Shown one piece after another: positions 1-12,565 of a DNA stretch of 64,000 bases; position 1 is the stretch's first letter; each line of letters begins with the position of its first letter. A model generated the notes under the pieces. That model worked only from the letters and a program-made list of their open reading frames with translations. It did not search any database and was not told the origin of the DNA. The stretch comes from Saccostrea cucullata (lineage: Eukaryota). Location of the stretch: the NCBI RefSeq assembly GCF_032062105.1, contig NW_026925150.1, forward strand, positions 64,655 through 128,654, given 5' to 3'. The position numbers and the translations under genes are program-made.

Positions 1-424
1 TTACATAAAAGAGGTACATTAGCTACCTCCACTGTTTAGTCATGTTATTCACCTTTTTTACGTAATTTTTTAAACTTGTCCTAGTCTGATTTTTTTCTTT
101 TATGGGCTTTATCTCTTACACGATTTCTCTGACAAATCGTTTTTTGCGAAGCGGAATCGAACCAGGGTTTATCTTGAGGCCTTATCTTTAGGCCTTATAG
201 TTACTGTTTTTTTCGGGAATGCAATTTTTAAAAAACTTCTTGAAAAATTACTTCCCGCCTGGTCTATATCTTTGGCGTCATTAATAAGCGTTTTCCAATT
301 TGTATTGCGTGTAAGTGTGTTTAGTGTTTCAAAATCTGCATTTTTATATAGCCTTACTTTCTTTTCATATGATTGTGCTTGTATTGTACAGGTCCTGTCC
401 AAAGACTATTTCTACTTACGTGGC

Positions 425-835
425 CATTAATAGCTTCCTAGGTATTTAAACTTACCCAAAGTAGCTATTTTTACCTACTTTTTTATTATCTGCATTTTGT
501 GGCCAAACGCAAGAACGATGCAACGTGGCGAATACCATACCATGTTGATACAGTCAAAATGATACAAAAAATTTTGGTTAAAAAATGATTACTTCCTGAA
601 TCGGCAATTTTGCATGTTTCTATGCTAAATTGATAATATACGAAGTAATCAATTTTTGGCCATATTTTTGTCATATCCATCACCAGTGTGACTGTATCAA
701 TAAATTTGGAGTTCACCGTGTTGCGCCGTTCTTGCGTTTGGCCACAAAATGTAATTAAAGCAGAAATTAGGTAAAATAGCTACTTTTGGTAAGTTTAAAT
801 ACCTATGTAAATATTAATTAATAGCTAGGTAGGTA
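425..835. mobile_element. MITE-like insertion (~410 bp) with ~100-bp terminal inverted repeats, nested inside the LINE endonuclease region
   Basis: Left 'attaatagcttcctaggtatttaaacttacccaaagtagctatttttacc...ttttgtggccaaacgcaagaacg' against right 'cgttcttgcgtttggccacaaaa...ggtaaaatagctacttttggtaagtttaaatacctat...attaat'. The two are reverse complements. Confidence 0.6.
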
Positions 836-1009
836 AATATTAATAGTCTTTGGACTAGACCTGTTGTATGTGATTGAAGATATATGTATGTGCCTATGTG
901 ATCGCTAAGAGATTGTTCTACGTCTTTTGTCCCAGAGTCCAGTACATCGGCATGTAAATTTTCGCTGACAAGAATAGGGTCTATGAGAGATTTCGTGTTT
1001 TTCGTTACT

Positions 1010-1612
1010 CTAGTTACGTCGTATACTGTGTTTTGAAAGGAGTACTGGTACTTTAAAGGAAATTTCATTGACTACATGTGTGGTTTGGAGATTTAGAAAG
1101 TTTACATTTAGGTCACCTATGACTAAAATTCTATCGGATATATCAACAGCTTTTTCAAGGGACCATTCGAATTTTTTCCAAAAAGAATTATCGGAGTTAG
1201 GAGGACGATACACACAACAGAGCAAGATATTGCAGGTAGTGTCGCTAATTTCTAACCATACACATTCAAGCTTCACAGGTTTAAGATCAAAGCATCTATT
1301 TGTGCGCAACGAGTCAGCTGCATATGTAATTACACCGCCCCCGTGCGAGTTTTTATCTTTACGAAAAGTTGAGTTAAATCCATCAATAGGAATGTCTTCG
1401 TTTAAAATGTTAACATCAAGATGGGTTTCTCTGAAACATAAAATGTCGAAATCTGACACAATACTAGTACTTAAAAACTTATCAAACCTTTTTCTAATAC
1501 TTCTTTCATTTAAATGAAAAATGTCTAGTGTGGATTGGGTACTTTGAGATGGTCCCGGATTTGTCTCTATGTCGCCTGACAACAATATAAGGAAATACAT
1601 AATTTGTAACAC
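1010..1612 (-). CDS. LINE ORF2 N-terminus: 2A-like peptide (LLSGDIETNPGP) followed by an apurinic/apyrimidinic-type endonuclease domain
   Basis: 200-aa ORF. The DxExNPGP motif is at residues ~14-21, and EEP-fold catalytic motifs follow downstream. Confidence 0.7.
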   Translation of the reverse strand: MLQIMYFLILLSGDIETNPGPSQSTQSTLDIFHLNERSIRKRFDKFLSTSIVSDFDILCFRETHLDVNILNEDIPIDGFNSTFRKDKNSHGGGVITYAADSLRTNRCFDLKPVKLECVWLEISDTTCNILLCCVYRPPNSDNSFWKKFEWSLEKAVDISDRILVIGDLNVNFLNLQTTHVVNEISFKVPVLLSKHSIRRN

Positions 1613-2491
1613 GTAATTTTAAAAAAATATTTTCTTGTGCCCCTTTTGACAGTAAGCATTTGGTATTTTGCCAAATATACAGTAATTAAAACACTCAATA
1701 AAAAAAACAAAATCATGAAATCGTAGTACATAGAATGGCAATGATTTTGATGTACATCTACAGTTACAATAGAAAAGTCCAATTGCGACTCGATATTGTT
1801 CTGTTGTATTAGCCATTATCAAGACATAGAGAGACGTATTGAGCAATATTTGAACCAGCCACATGGAGACATATAATAAGTAAACATGCAATTTTATTTG
1901 TATGACCTTTGGTTAAAAATAAAAACAAAAAACCATTGAAAAAAAGTGTGGATAGAAAGAAATCAAAAAAGAACAAAACAATGAACATGATCAATGAAGG
2001 AAACAAAATAAAAATTGTGAACAAGAGTAAGGAAAATGGCAATGTAAATGTAATAAGTACAAGATTTTCCAAGTAACAGTGGTCATACTGGAGAGTTTAG
2101 AGGTAAGACAGAAACATCTTCGATAGTCCATACTGATATAAATTAATAGTTATTAATTTGAGAATACTAATTTAAGATTGCTTTTATCACTTTGATTTCA
2201 AGTGTATTGATGAATTGTGAAGACATCATTAAATAGTTAATGGGTACTGGAATTACATGTCCTCAGAAATCACATACTCTGGTGGATAGGACTGTGGTGG
2301 GGCCAGGTCATACAAATCTCTGATAGACCGGATCATGTATTTGCGACCCTGTTTGTACAACTTGGTGAATATCCGTCCATCGCTTGTCCAAAAGGAATGT
2401 ACCTTTTCAGCACGTTTTGCGCTTGCCATTTTTTTAACAACTCATTGTCTGTATTTAGTAAGATCTTCGGTTATAAATATCGTAGAGTCTC

Positions 2492-2995
2492 TTAGCTTTC
2501 GTATATCGCTGTATAGATTTTATTTTTCACTTTCCAATTTTTAAAACGACATATAATTCGAATATTACCGTTTTTGTTGGGTTTGCCAATAGGATTGGAC
2601 CTAAAAATGTCATCCTCTTTGAGCTCTATTGATAAGTGCTGATTGCATATAGAAATAACTCTAGCATCCGTGTCTGTGCCTTGGTCGGGGACCGAGCAAT
2701 TATGAAATCTTATGGAGTTTCTCCTTCTGTACTTCTCTAGGTCATCTACTGTATCCTCAAGATTCCAGATTTGATTTTGTTGATCAGTGTTTTGCTCTTT
2801 ATAATCCTTTAAACGCCCTGTGAGATCATCAATTTGTTTATTTTGTTTTGAAATTGTTTCAGTTTGGTTCTGAATTGTTTTATTTAATGAGTTGCAAACA
2901 GACTGGACTGCAAGCTCGATGGAGGGTTTGATAGCTTCTGCAAGCACTGGTATCAACTTCGCCATAAAAGTTGGCGGCATAGCCGGGTTGTTCAT
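2492..2995 (-). CDS. LINE ORF1-like protein (coiled-coil plus RRM-like 'RRNSIRF' region)
   Basis: 167-aa ORF with a Q/N/E-rich heptad-like segment followed by an RRNxIR(I/F) motif typical of ORF1p. Confidence 0.5.
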   Translation of the reverse strand: MNNPAMPPTFMAKLIPVLAEAIKPSIELAVQSVCNSLNKTIQNQTETISKQNKQIDDLTGRLKDYKEQNTDQQNQIWNLEDTVDDLEKYRRRNSIRFHNCSVPDQGTDTDARVISICNQHLSIELKEDDIFRSNPIGKPNKNGNIRIICRFKNWKVKNKIYTAIYES

Positions 2996-5900
2996 AGAGT
3001 TGAATATTAACTCTGGAAGACTGAAAGTTTTACCCTGAGTTTGGATAAAGGAGGTTGCTTATCAGTACCTGGTTCCCCAATGTTTTCAGTTGCAGAAGGA
3101 TTAGCATTCACAGATGAACTTTGATTAGACTGAAAAGAATTTTCAGAGACGGAGACGGAGGTGATTGTGCTTCCCCGTTCATTTTTCCAAGACCAGTTTC
3201 TACTGATTGATCACAAAGTTCATTTAGATCTGGTAATGATGAAGTTCTAAACCTTCTACGTGAGGTTTTAGATGAGCTATGGAAGGGACTATAGTGTGTT
3301 AGTTTCGTACCCACCGATTTTGACTTGGATGACATGAGTAGAACTCACAAATGTTTATGCATGCGACAGTACGTCAAAGTTCACACACCAAAAAACACAC
3401 AAAATAGACAAATGTTCTGCTTCAAAGTTTGTTTTCAATTAGAGTTGCATCTTGCTTAAGTCAGAGTATACACTAGCCTACTAATCAACACTCAGAAATG
3501 CAATACTACCTCTTTTACCCATCTACCTACCCTTTAAAGTCGTTTCTACAAGTGATAAACTCGCTTAATCAAAATCATATGTTAGAATATGCTGTGGTTA
3601 CTAAAGTATGAATTATATGAAATTGTGCATTTTTATTAGCTCATTTGCATCATTAGAAATGCCTGTATTTAGCCTTAACTCACTTGCGTAGTACTTACAC
3701 ATTGAAATTTGTAATAAATATTTACCGGACATTTTCTTGAAAAGAAATATCAGATCTTTATTACCGCTTAGAATTATAGAGCGAGTATGATTTTAAGCAG
3801 AATGAAAAAATAACAACCATGACAAACAATAATCATTGTTCTCCCGATAAGAATATATTAATATACCCCCTACATGTGTACTTCAATTCCATTCTTTATT
3901 CACTCAAAACCAGATAACTGGTACAAGAGGTACATATATACATATAATATAAACAAAAATTACATTCAAGGATCAAGAAATAGATAAATAAATATAAAGG
4001 GAAAAAAGAGTAAAAACTAGAGGTACTGTGAGCAATGAGCTCAATAAATGATACCCCCGCCTCCCATAATGTCAATGTTTCATAGAATATAATGGCAATC
4101 TCCATGTTTTGGTATGGGAAACCTAATATACCGAATATCGAATAAAAAAGTAAAATAGGAGGTGCTCAATGGCAATATGTAATAAAGATTCTGTGAAAGT
4201 TTCATTCAATTTCACTCAGTAGTATAAGAGGAGTTGCGGATAAGAGATAAAGCGTAACAGACGGACGGACGGACGGAAATACCGATTATTATATACCCTC
4301 CCACTTTTCAAGCAGGGGTATAAAACATGCAGTCAGTTATATACATATTGTATAAAACACGTGGAGGATTCAAGGACAGACAGTTTTAAAAATGGTCTTG
4401 ATTTTTTTTACTGACCATACAAGTTACGGATGTCAGCATGTGAATATTTTCTAGGACTTTATGCTTTAAATAGATATTCAAACTGAATAATATTGGGGAA
4501 AAAAATAAAATACAGGTTATTCATCATAGAAGTAATTGATTGCTTAATGTATTTTGAATTAGAAAATAAGCACATATTTTGATTTTGTAAGTAAACAGCA
4601 ATCATGAAACAAATTAAAATTGAGAATTCTGGTTTGTTTGCTAAAAAATTGCGAAATAATTGAACAAAAAATACATGCTATAGTGAATTTACCACCTATA
4701 ATTTTGTTAGTTTAAAAGATAATAATATATATCTATATTTTTTTGAAAATGGAAAGCTTATATATGGCTCAAAACTCTGTTACGGACGTCAGACAGTCTC
4801 CTCTTGCAAATAATTACTCTGAAGATATCAAAAGTAGTCTTGAAAATTATGGTTTACAGTTTCCTCAACTACGCAAACTTCCTTTTCTAGGTGAAAAAAC
4901 CAGATATTTTACCTACAGGAAGGGGTTATTACCAAAAGATCAGATAAATGCACACTTTCATATTTTCACTCTTTTCTCTCCATTTTTTCTGTCTTTAATT
5001 TTGCATTTGTCAATAACATTTTGTAAATAATGTATATGAATATTTATTGCACTGGTTTAATCTACATTTTTTCTAAATTAAACATTTTTTTTTCATTTAT
5101 TTAAAAGAAGTCAATTAATATTAGAAAGATTGGTGATAGGTGTCAGGTATTGTAAAACCTGACATCCGTAACCAACATTATTTAGAATAAATTTCCTACA
5201 AGAGAGTTTTAAACAATTAATTTAATCAATACACAATAAAATTTGGACATGTGCATATCAATACAATATTTCAAGGGGTCAGATATATTTATTCATATGA
5301 TATTTTTTTCAAATATGTCTGATACACAAATATCCGATCACATATTTTGCAAATCAATAAGTTTGGTGCTCGAATATATCAATGGAATGAAACATCTAAA
5401 GCATTTTACGCATTAATAATTATCACTTTTTAGATATAAAAACATAAGCATGAATAATAACATTTAGAAAATGCCTTTAAAGCGCTTAAAACTCTATAGG
5501 TATGGAATCTGACTTTCCACCCTGATATACGTAACGCTACAGAAAATTTTTCAAAATAATGTCAGATGATTCATTGACTTAGGTGAAATGGTTTTAGTCT
5601 ACAGCAAATATACTTCTTGCAAATGAGTATAAACTAACTCAAACAATTCCACACATATCCATTCGTATTTATTCACATTTTAACACACCTTTGTCATATT
5701 TTTCTCAAACATACGTTTTGCTTCATACATTTAATTATGATACTATCTATATTTATTCTTTTAAATACAATCACTTCCTTTCAAATCAATCACGCGTTAC
5801 GGAAGTCAGGCCTGTTTCAGCGACAATATATAAATCGGGATAAATAAAGGAATAATGTCTTAAATCAGATTATGTCTTACTTACAAAACAGGCTTTGTGA

Positions 5901-6689
5901 TACTAAAATAATTAATAAGTTGTAAATGTTAATATCTTCAAGGATATGCCATTTAGTAATACATTAAAATTGGAATATGTACTTGCGACATGCTAAAAAA
6001 TTAAGACAACTGTTTTTCATAGGAATATTTGGACATACTTTAACACTTCAAATGCATATTATTTGGTACCAAAATTTTCATTTTTGTTGTAGATATATTT
6101 TCAGCAAAGTTTTAGATGTGTACATGAAGTAGGAAAAAATAATTTTGTATTAAATACTAGCGACACCAGTTTTACGTATTTGGAACCATTTCTGGAGAAT
6201 GGCTGATATAAGACACTATTTTCTAAAGGAAAATAAGCACAGAAATGAATCATTCTGAGGTTATTCTGCATTGAACTTAGAAATATACCAAATTAATGGC
6301 GTCATATTTCCAGAAAGGTCCTCCTTCATACCATATTCTTTAATGATTTATCATATTCATCTACTCAACTATTTACAAAGCCAATTTCATAACTTTTTAA
6401 GAACATTAAATTTTTTCGGCGCAATAAAGTCCAAACTATACATTCTTCATACACGAGAACCCCCATGCCAGTTTTGATAGTCCTCGCCCACTGACGTCAA
6501 ACACAAAGGCACAAGATTTACATGGATATTTAGCCTCTTTAGCGTCAGACACAGAGACAAAATACTGTACAGTTAATAATGTCTACAAACGACGATGTTT
6601 AAAAACGTTTTTTAAAAGATTTTTTTCAAATTTTCTTTATGACAAGTACCCCTAAAGATGACTTGAAATATGTCGTCGCGGTATATACT

Positions 6690-7315
6690 TTCATTCCAAA
6701 AACAAGGTGTCACTTTGCTTAATCAAGCGTGCTAAAGTTTCACATGTTGACTACCAAATAACTCATCGATTGGATGTTTGATTTCAATGAAATCAAAACT
6801 ACTTTGCATATGAAATACAGAACCTTGCAATATCACTTACAATACTGACGAATCGTATTGAATGATTGTTCACGAGAATGCCGTAAACAATAAACACATG
6901 TGGACCGCAAAGCAAGTTTTACTCCTTATAATTATGGAATTGATCGCTAAATGCAATATAACATATATAATAATAAAAGTTTCAAAGTATAGCCTGACTT
7001 ATTTGATGCTTTAAATGTTCTTATACATATCAAAATCAACTCCATTAGGTCAAAGCACAACAAATATGACACGTGCTTTTTGGGGGACTGTAAACGGGCT
7101 TTGACTGACCACGTGTTGCCGGTGACTACAAATGCCGCGTTAGAAAGCAATAATTCAAAACGATTGTTCAGTGTTATCGGGATATTGTTGGATTCTGTAT
7201 TTTATATGCAAAGTAGTTTTGATTCATTTAAATGAAACATCCAATCGATGAATAATATGGTAATCAATTTGTGAAATGTTAACACGGTTGATCAAGCAAA
7301 GTGACAGCTGTTATT
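6690..7315. mobile_element. Foldback/MITE-like element with two nested inverted-repeat pairs
   Basis: 6700-6730 against 7280-7310 ('gtcactttgcttaatcaagcgtg' / 'cacggttgatcaagcaaagtgac'). 6760-6830 against 7195-7260 ('catcgattggatgtttgatttcaatgaaatcaaaactactttgcatat' / rc). Confidence 0.55.
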
Positions 7316-7324
7316 GGAATGATA

Positions 7325-7440
7325 GTACATGTTATTAGAGATTGTTCTAGCTGACGTATCCGTATAAGTATCCGTATCCGTATACGTATCGAGGTATGAG
7401 AGGCATCTCGATCCCGATGCTTAAACCATCTGGTTACAGT
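7325..7440. repeat. Left arm of a ~115-bp inverted repeat pair spaced 5.1 kb apart (partner at 12470..12565)
   Basis: 'agagattgttctagctgacgtatccgtat..ccgtatacgtatcgaggtatgagaggcatctcgatcccgatg' is the reverse complement of 12481..12560. Confidence 0.7.
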
Positions 7441-7668
7441 TCCATCGTTTCATGTTTGGTTTTTAACCTCATTCACTAAGAAATGATATGTAGTGTGATA
7501 TTTTTAATAAAAAAAAATATCAGTTGCTGTACACGCCTTATGCATCCTGTTTGGGAGGGGGGGGTAAAAGTTTAAAAATAAAATTTGAAAATAAGTATTT
7601 TTTTTTTTAATTTAAATGTGTAAAAAATATTTCGAAAATATTTCTAGATTCACCTCTTCTTCTCGCTC

Positions 7669-7675
<7 letters not shown>

Positions 7676-7727
<52 letters not shown>

Positions 7728-7728
7728 A
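7676..7728. repeat. (CT)n microsatellite, ~25 units
   Basis: uninterrupted ctctct... run. Confidence 0.95.
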
Positions 7729-10700
7729 TTAGAGTATTCATTGTTCATTCTCGAATTAACATTTACAAGAACACGACATATCTCCAATAATATATAATTA
7801 TATATACAGTTAAACCTCTTAAGGTCAAGATCTAGTAAATGGAAAGTGCCTGCAGATTTATGAAATTTAAGAAATAAATTCCTTTAATGATGCTTTATAA
7901 CATTAGATTGGTCAAAATGGGCGTTTGGGGGGAAAATTTGAAGAAAAACAAGCTGAAAAACCATATTTTAAACTGTCATTTTCAATGAAAAATCAAGAAA
8001 ACTAGACATGAAAATGGGAGTTTTGTCCTTATCAGACAAAGAAAAGGTATCCAGATAGCCTACAGTTTTTTCAGAAAACGGTAATTTGTATGTTCTTAGT
8101 TTCTACTTTAAAATAATGATGAATTTAAAATAGGTTTCGGGACTACTTTTCATGTGATTTTAAATTGAATTCCATGAAAATATTTCATTTTATTCATAAT
8201 TCTATTAGAGGTGTAAAGTACGGAAAAAGAAAGTTGAAAATGATTATAACGTCAAAATGGATTTAGCACTGAAAAGTTGTTTACTAGATCTTGACCTTAA
8301 ACTCAAACTTGTAAATTGTTAATACATGTAGTTGTGCATTAACTGGGAAATATTTAACCATACATTGTAGGGCAAAACAAATGTGTATGGGTGATTCACT
8401 GAAAATGTACATCCTCTTTTCCTTATTTATCATCTTCTACGTTATTCTTTATCAGGTATTTAAATGGGCATAGTCCCCCCCCCCCCCCAAAAAAATCAAA
8501 GTACTGAAAGTACTGAAAAGCGGTTAGCATGCTTTCATCGAATATGTACAGTGTACAATAACAAAAAATGCATTGAATGATGATATTAAAGTAAGCATGC
8601 ATATCTTTTTCCAATGTCATCAGCGAAGAATCAGACACACTGAATTTTGTAGTACTTAACTAAATGGTAAAACCAATAACATCCCAGACTGATGTCCCAA
8701 ATGTTTGTTTCAAAATATCAACCTGAGATTTTCAGTTTGAAAGACAGGAAGTTCAATTTCAAAAATTTCTGCCTAATTGTCTCCATTGGTGGCGTCCAAA
8801 AGTGCTCAGAACGAAAAAAATTATGTTGATGTTGCAAATTTAATTGGCTTTCATGCTCTACTGATTCTGAAATTAGGTAACTGTAAAGGCTACTATAGCA
8901 AACAACTCAAAAAGAAAATAAAATGATAATTCAAATTCTTCAGATTAATTGGTTTGGAGTACTGTACATAGATCTTTAGCTGGCTAGTCTGAGAAAAACG
9001 GATGGACGAGCAGAGAATTAATTAATTTCAGATAGCTTCAGTTTCGTAGGCTCACTGCGGGTCAGCAGGTGTGACCTATCATTGGGGATGCCTACTTCTC
9101 CTAGGCACCGGAACTTTCAAGGATCCGTTTTTCTTTTGAGACCGATCACTGTTCATTCTGTATTTTGATACAGATACTGAGCACATCTGTTTATTAACAT
9201 TATGAACTATTTCTCTCCCAGGAAGAAAGACAAGTTAACAAGATAATAAAGTTTTAAGAAATGTACATTATTGACTTTTCATACAATTAAATGTTCGAAT
9301 AAGTAAAAGGTATATGACAATTATTTAAAATATAGTCTTGCACGATATGTATAAACGAACATATACTGAGTATTTGGCAAATATTTTTCATGAAAAGGAA
9401 AGTTGTTGTTTAATCCATCAATACTAGTATTTCAAAAATTCAAAGGTTCACTAAAATTCAGTATAACAAACAATTTAATTGTCCATTGCAAGAATTACCT
9501 AGGTATCATTTTCACTTTCCTCAATATGTCGCATAAGCAATACATTGTTTTGTTTTTTTTTGTTTGTTTGTTTTTTTTTTACTAAAAACAAGTATGCGAA
9601 TTTCTATCAATATGCCTGTAAGCATCTGTATTTTAATTTTTATTTCTTCTCAAAGGGCCAAATTGAGAATTAACAAATTTGACAAATTCAAATTTAAAAG
9701 TATTTTTACAACTTATACCTTGCACAGGAATTTCGCCAACTTTCAAAAATAATCATTCATTAGATATAATTTTCAATTTGTGCTAATTGTCCAGATTTCT
9801 TCATGCATCTTTTTTTGTGCATATTTTATATCGGCTGATTTCTAGAAAAGGATCCAATGCCGATTAATTTTTTTTTCAATTTTTTGAAAATTAATTTTAA
9901 TATTTTCAGGCTCCCTTTATTTTTTTAAAAAAATAAAAATGTGAAAATGTGATCGTTTAAAATCGTTTGTAATAAGTAGACTGAGTACAGGATTAATCCC
10001 TGGAAACAAAGATTTTATCATCTTTTAAATAATTTCAATTAAGAAAAAAAGGAGAAGAAAAAATTATGGAAGTAATCCATAACTGTACAGCTTACAGAAT
10101 GAAGTATTCAGTATTTTTATATAAAGGCTTTCTTCGTGTACTAGTATTACTTAAGTTAATTAAAGGGATGCCTTAATATTTTGGAAAATGAAACTCGATC
10201 GAGAGATTCTCCGATGTTTTGCAGTCGGTAATAACTTTCAACCCCTTTAGCCAGTAATTAACCCCTCCTCCCTGTGCCCAGTAGCATAATTCGGTCGAAT
10301 ATTTATTGTTTATGAGGGGTGCCTTATAATTAATCACAGGCACCTGAATTTTTATCAGTAAGTCTCTAAATTAGACAAATATCGAAACATTCTACCCCCT
10401 CTATATATAAATACACAACGTGTGCAACGTCATTTTGACCACCTGTTCGACTAGGCTTCAATTTAACACATAAATCGGATATGCCTACAGGTTTTCGTGT
10501 AGCATTGGGTTCAAATATGATATTTCTCGCTATACATTTCTTCCTAAAGTTTAAATCTAACGTGTTGATAATGTTATCAGCTAAACTTCATGCTGACTTT
10601 GAATTTCGTCACAGGGCCCGATCGCCATCAGCTGATGTCACGGAAATTTAATCTCAACACCAAATGCTCCTATACATAAACTTTTTTTAATACAACAATT

Positions 10701-11807
10701 ATGAATTTATTTCATTGACAAACAAAATCAGAAAAAAATTAAAAACCGAGAGATTATGCTGTTTTGATAGTCTAGATTTTATTTAACATATGTTATATGT
10801 GTTAGAAACAAATCATAGGTACTAGGTAGAGGCTTTGTTGAAGTTTCCGTTGTCGATAGGTAGCGCCTTATGGAAGTTTCCGGTGTCGATAAAAACTGGA
10901 CACATGCCATAAAGCGGTTAGCGAAGCTAACCGCTTAAAAAATGGATAGCTGAATATATTCCCTAAATTGTAGGTCGATAGCCGTATCATGGGCGGCGGA
11001 AGCAAATAGAAAGTGGGGGCGCTAATTGAAAGGGGGGGGGGCTAAACCAACAAAAAAGGTAAATCACAATTTTAAATGCCTTTATTATGTCTATCTTTGC
11101 AAAAAAAGTGGGATGGGGGGTTAAGCCACCCCCCCTCCCCCCCGGTTTCGATGCCTTTGCGTATCTATGGTTTCAAGAAGCTTAGCAATTGAACATAATC
11201 GAGTTTATAGTGAACAAAGCAAGCTCTGAAAAACTGTGATATTTTATCATTGTAATTTTTCTTTAATGTGTGATTTTTTTCTCGGCTACATTGAAGCAGT
11301 TCCTTCTCTTCAATTCTATAGTTTTTGCACACTGATATTGATCTCGGTCAAATCATATATATATATAAAAGAAAGTAGGATAAAACAGAAAAGAAAGTTA
11401 GCACGACGGACAAGTAGGCTTAGCAAAATAAGATGTATTATTTTGAAAATTTTGAGCCATAATTATTTTATTCTTTGCATAAAAAGAGAGTTAAAGAATA
11501 CCGTATTATGAGATAGTTTTTATATCAAACCACAAATGATGTTAATTAATGAAAGTCAAAAGGCGTATAACTTATCAAAATTTTTGTGTGCACATGGTGA
11601 GGCATGCACATAGGGAGGGACAGACGTCGGAACTGGGGGGGGGGGGGGGGCAGCCCACCAACTTTTTTGCAAAGATAGACATAATATATGCATTGAACAT
11701 TGATGGTAGGATAAGCCCCCTCCCCACTTTCAACAGGCACGTTGTATTGCAGTCAAAGAAGAGTTACTAGTGTTTGAAAAAAAGGCAATGAAGAAAGTTC
11801 GACACCC

Positions 11808-11862
11808 CCCCCCCCCACCACCACCACCACCACCACCACACACACACCCACACACATACACA
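11808..11862. repeat. Compound microsatellite: C12, then (CCA)8, then (CA)n
   Basis: ccccccccccccaccaccacc...cacacacacccacacacatacaca. Confidence 0.9.
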
Positions 11863-12469
11863 TAGTAGTATTTAAGTACTTTTTTGTTTGTCGAGGTTTT
11901 TCAGGGCTGATTTTTTTTCTCTTTCAAATAGCCCCCTACCTACTTTTAATTTGCTTTTGACGCCAATGTGAGAGGAGGGGAAAAAGAGGGAGTCAGACGG
12001 GCTCTTCAAAGCATATACTGAATACCTATATCGGTCCTGAAGCTAATAATGAAATCAGTTTGAACAGTCTCTTTAATAACGGCTACATAGTTTTATCGAT
12101 TGCGTTGATGATAACGTATTTTGTATTTCAGTGTGTGTGTGTGTGGGAGGGGGGGAGGATTGGTAAGCCGTTACATGGCATATGAAAAATACAGACAAAA
12201 TCAATAAAAGATATTAAGCGAGAGGAAAAAGAGAGGGAGATTTCCTACAAATATTTTGAAGCAAAATGAAATTAATTTTAAAACAATATAATTCAAACAA
12301 AATATTTTATACTTGACTTCATCTTCTTTCTTTTTTTAAAAAGATATTCTTTACGAAATGATAGAGGTGTACAGCAGTTTATTATTTTTAATACAAAAAT
12401 TGCTAATTGCTATTTTCTAATGCATGGACTGTGGCTTATTTAACCACAAACAGAGATGGAAATTGTATT

Positions 12470-12565
12470 AAATGGTTTAGACATCGGGATCGAGATGCCT
12501 TTCATATCTCGATACGGATACGGATACGTCAGATAGAACAATCTCTATTACCATGCATTACAAGT
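12470..12565. repeat. Right arm of the 5.1-kb-spaced inverted repeat pair
   Basis: 'catcgggatcgagatgcctttcatatctcgatacggatacggatacgtcagatagaacaatctct'. Confidence 0.7.

Larger units (their letters stand above)
1..3340 (-). mobile_element. Non-LTR retrotransposon (LINE), 5' part: ORF1 followed by ORF2 N-terminus (2A-like peptide plus APE-type endonuclease). It is decayed (frameshift near 1010-1068) and interrupted by a nested MITE. The RT domain would lie beyond the window start.
   Basis: ORF 2492..2995(-) has a coiled-coil followed by an 'RRNSIRFHNCSVPDQ...' block resembling L1-type ORF1p. ORF 1010..1612(-) shows EEP/APE endonuclease motifs (FRETHL, GGGVITY, CVYRPPNS, IGDLNVN). ORF 814..1068(-) carries 'ILVSENL...SDH', the endonuclease C-terminus. 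Both ORFs are colinear on the minus strand. Confidence 0.7.
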
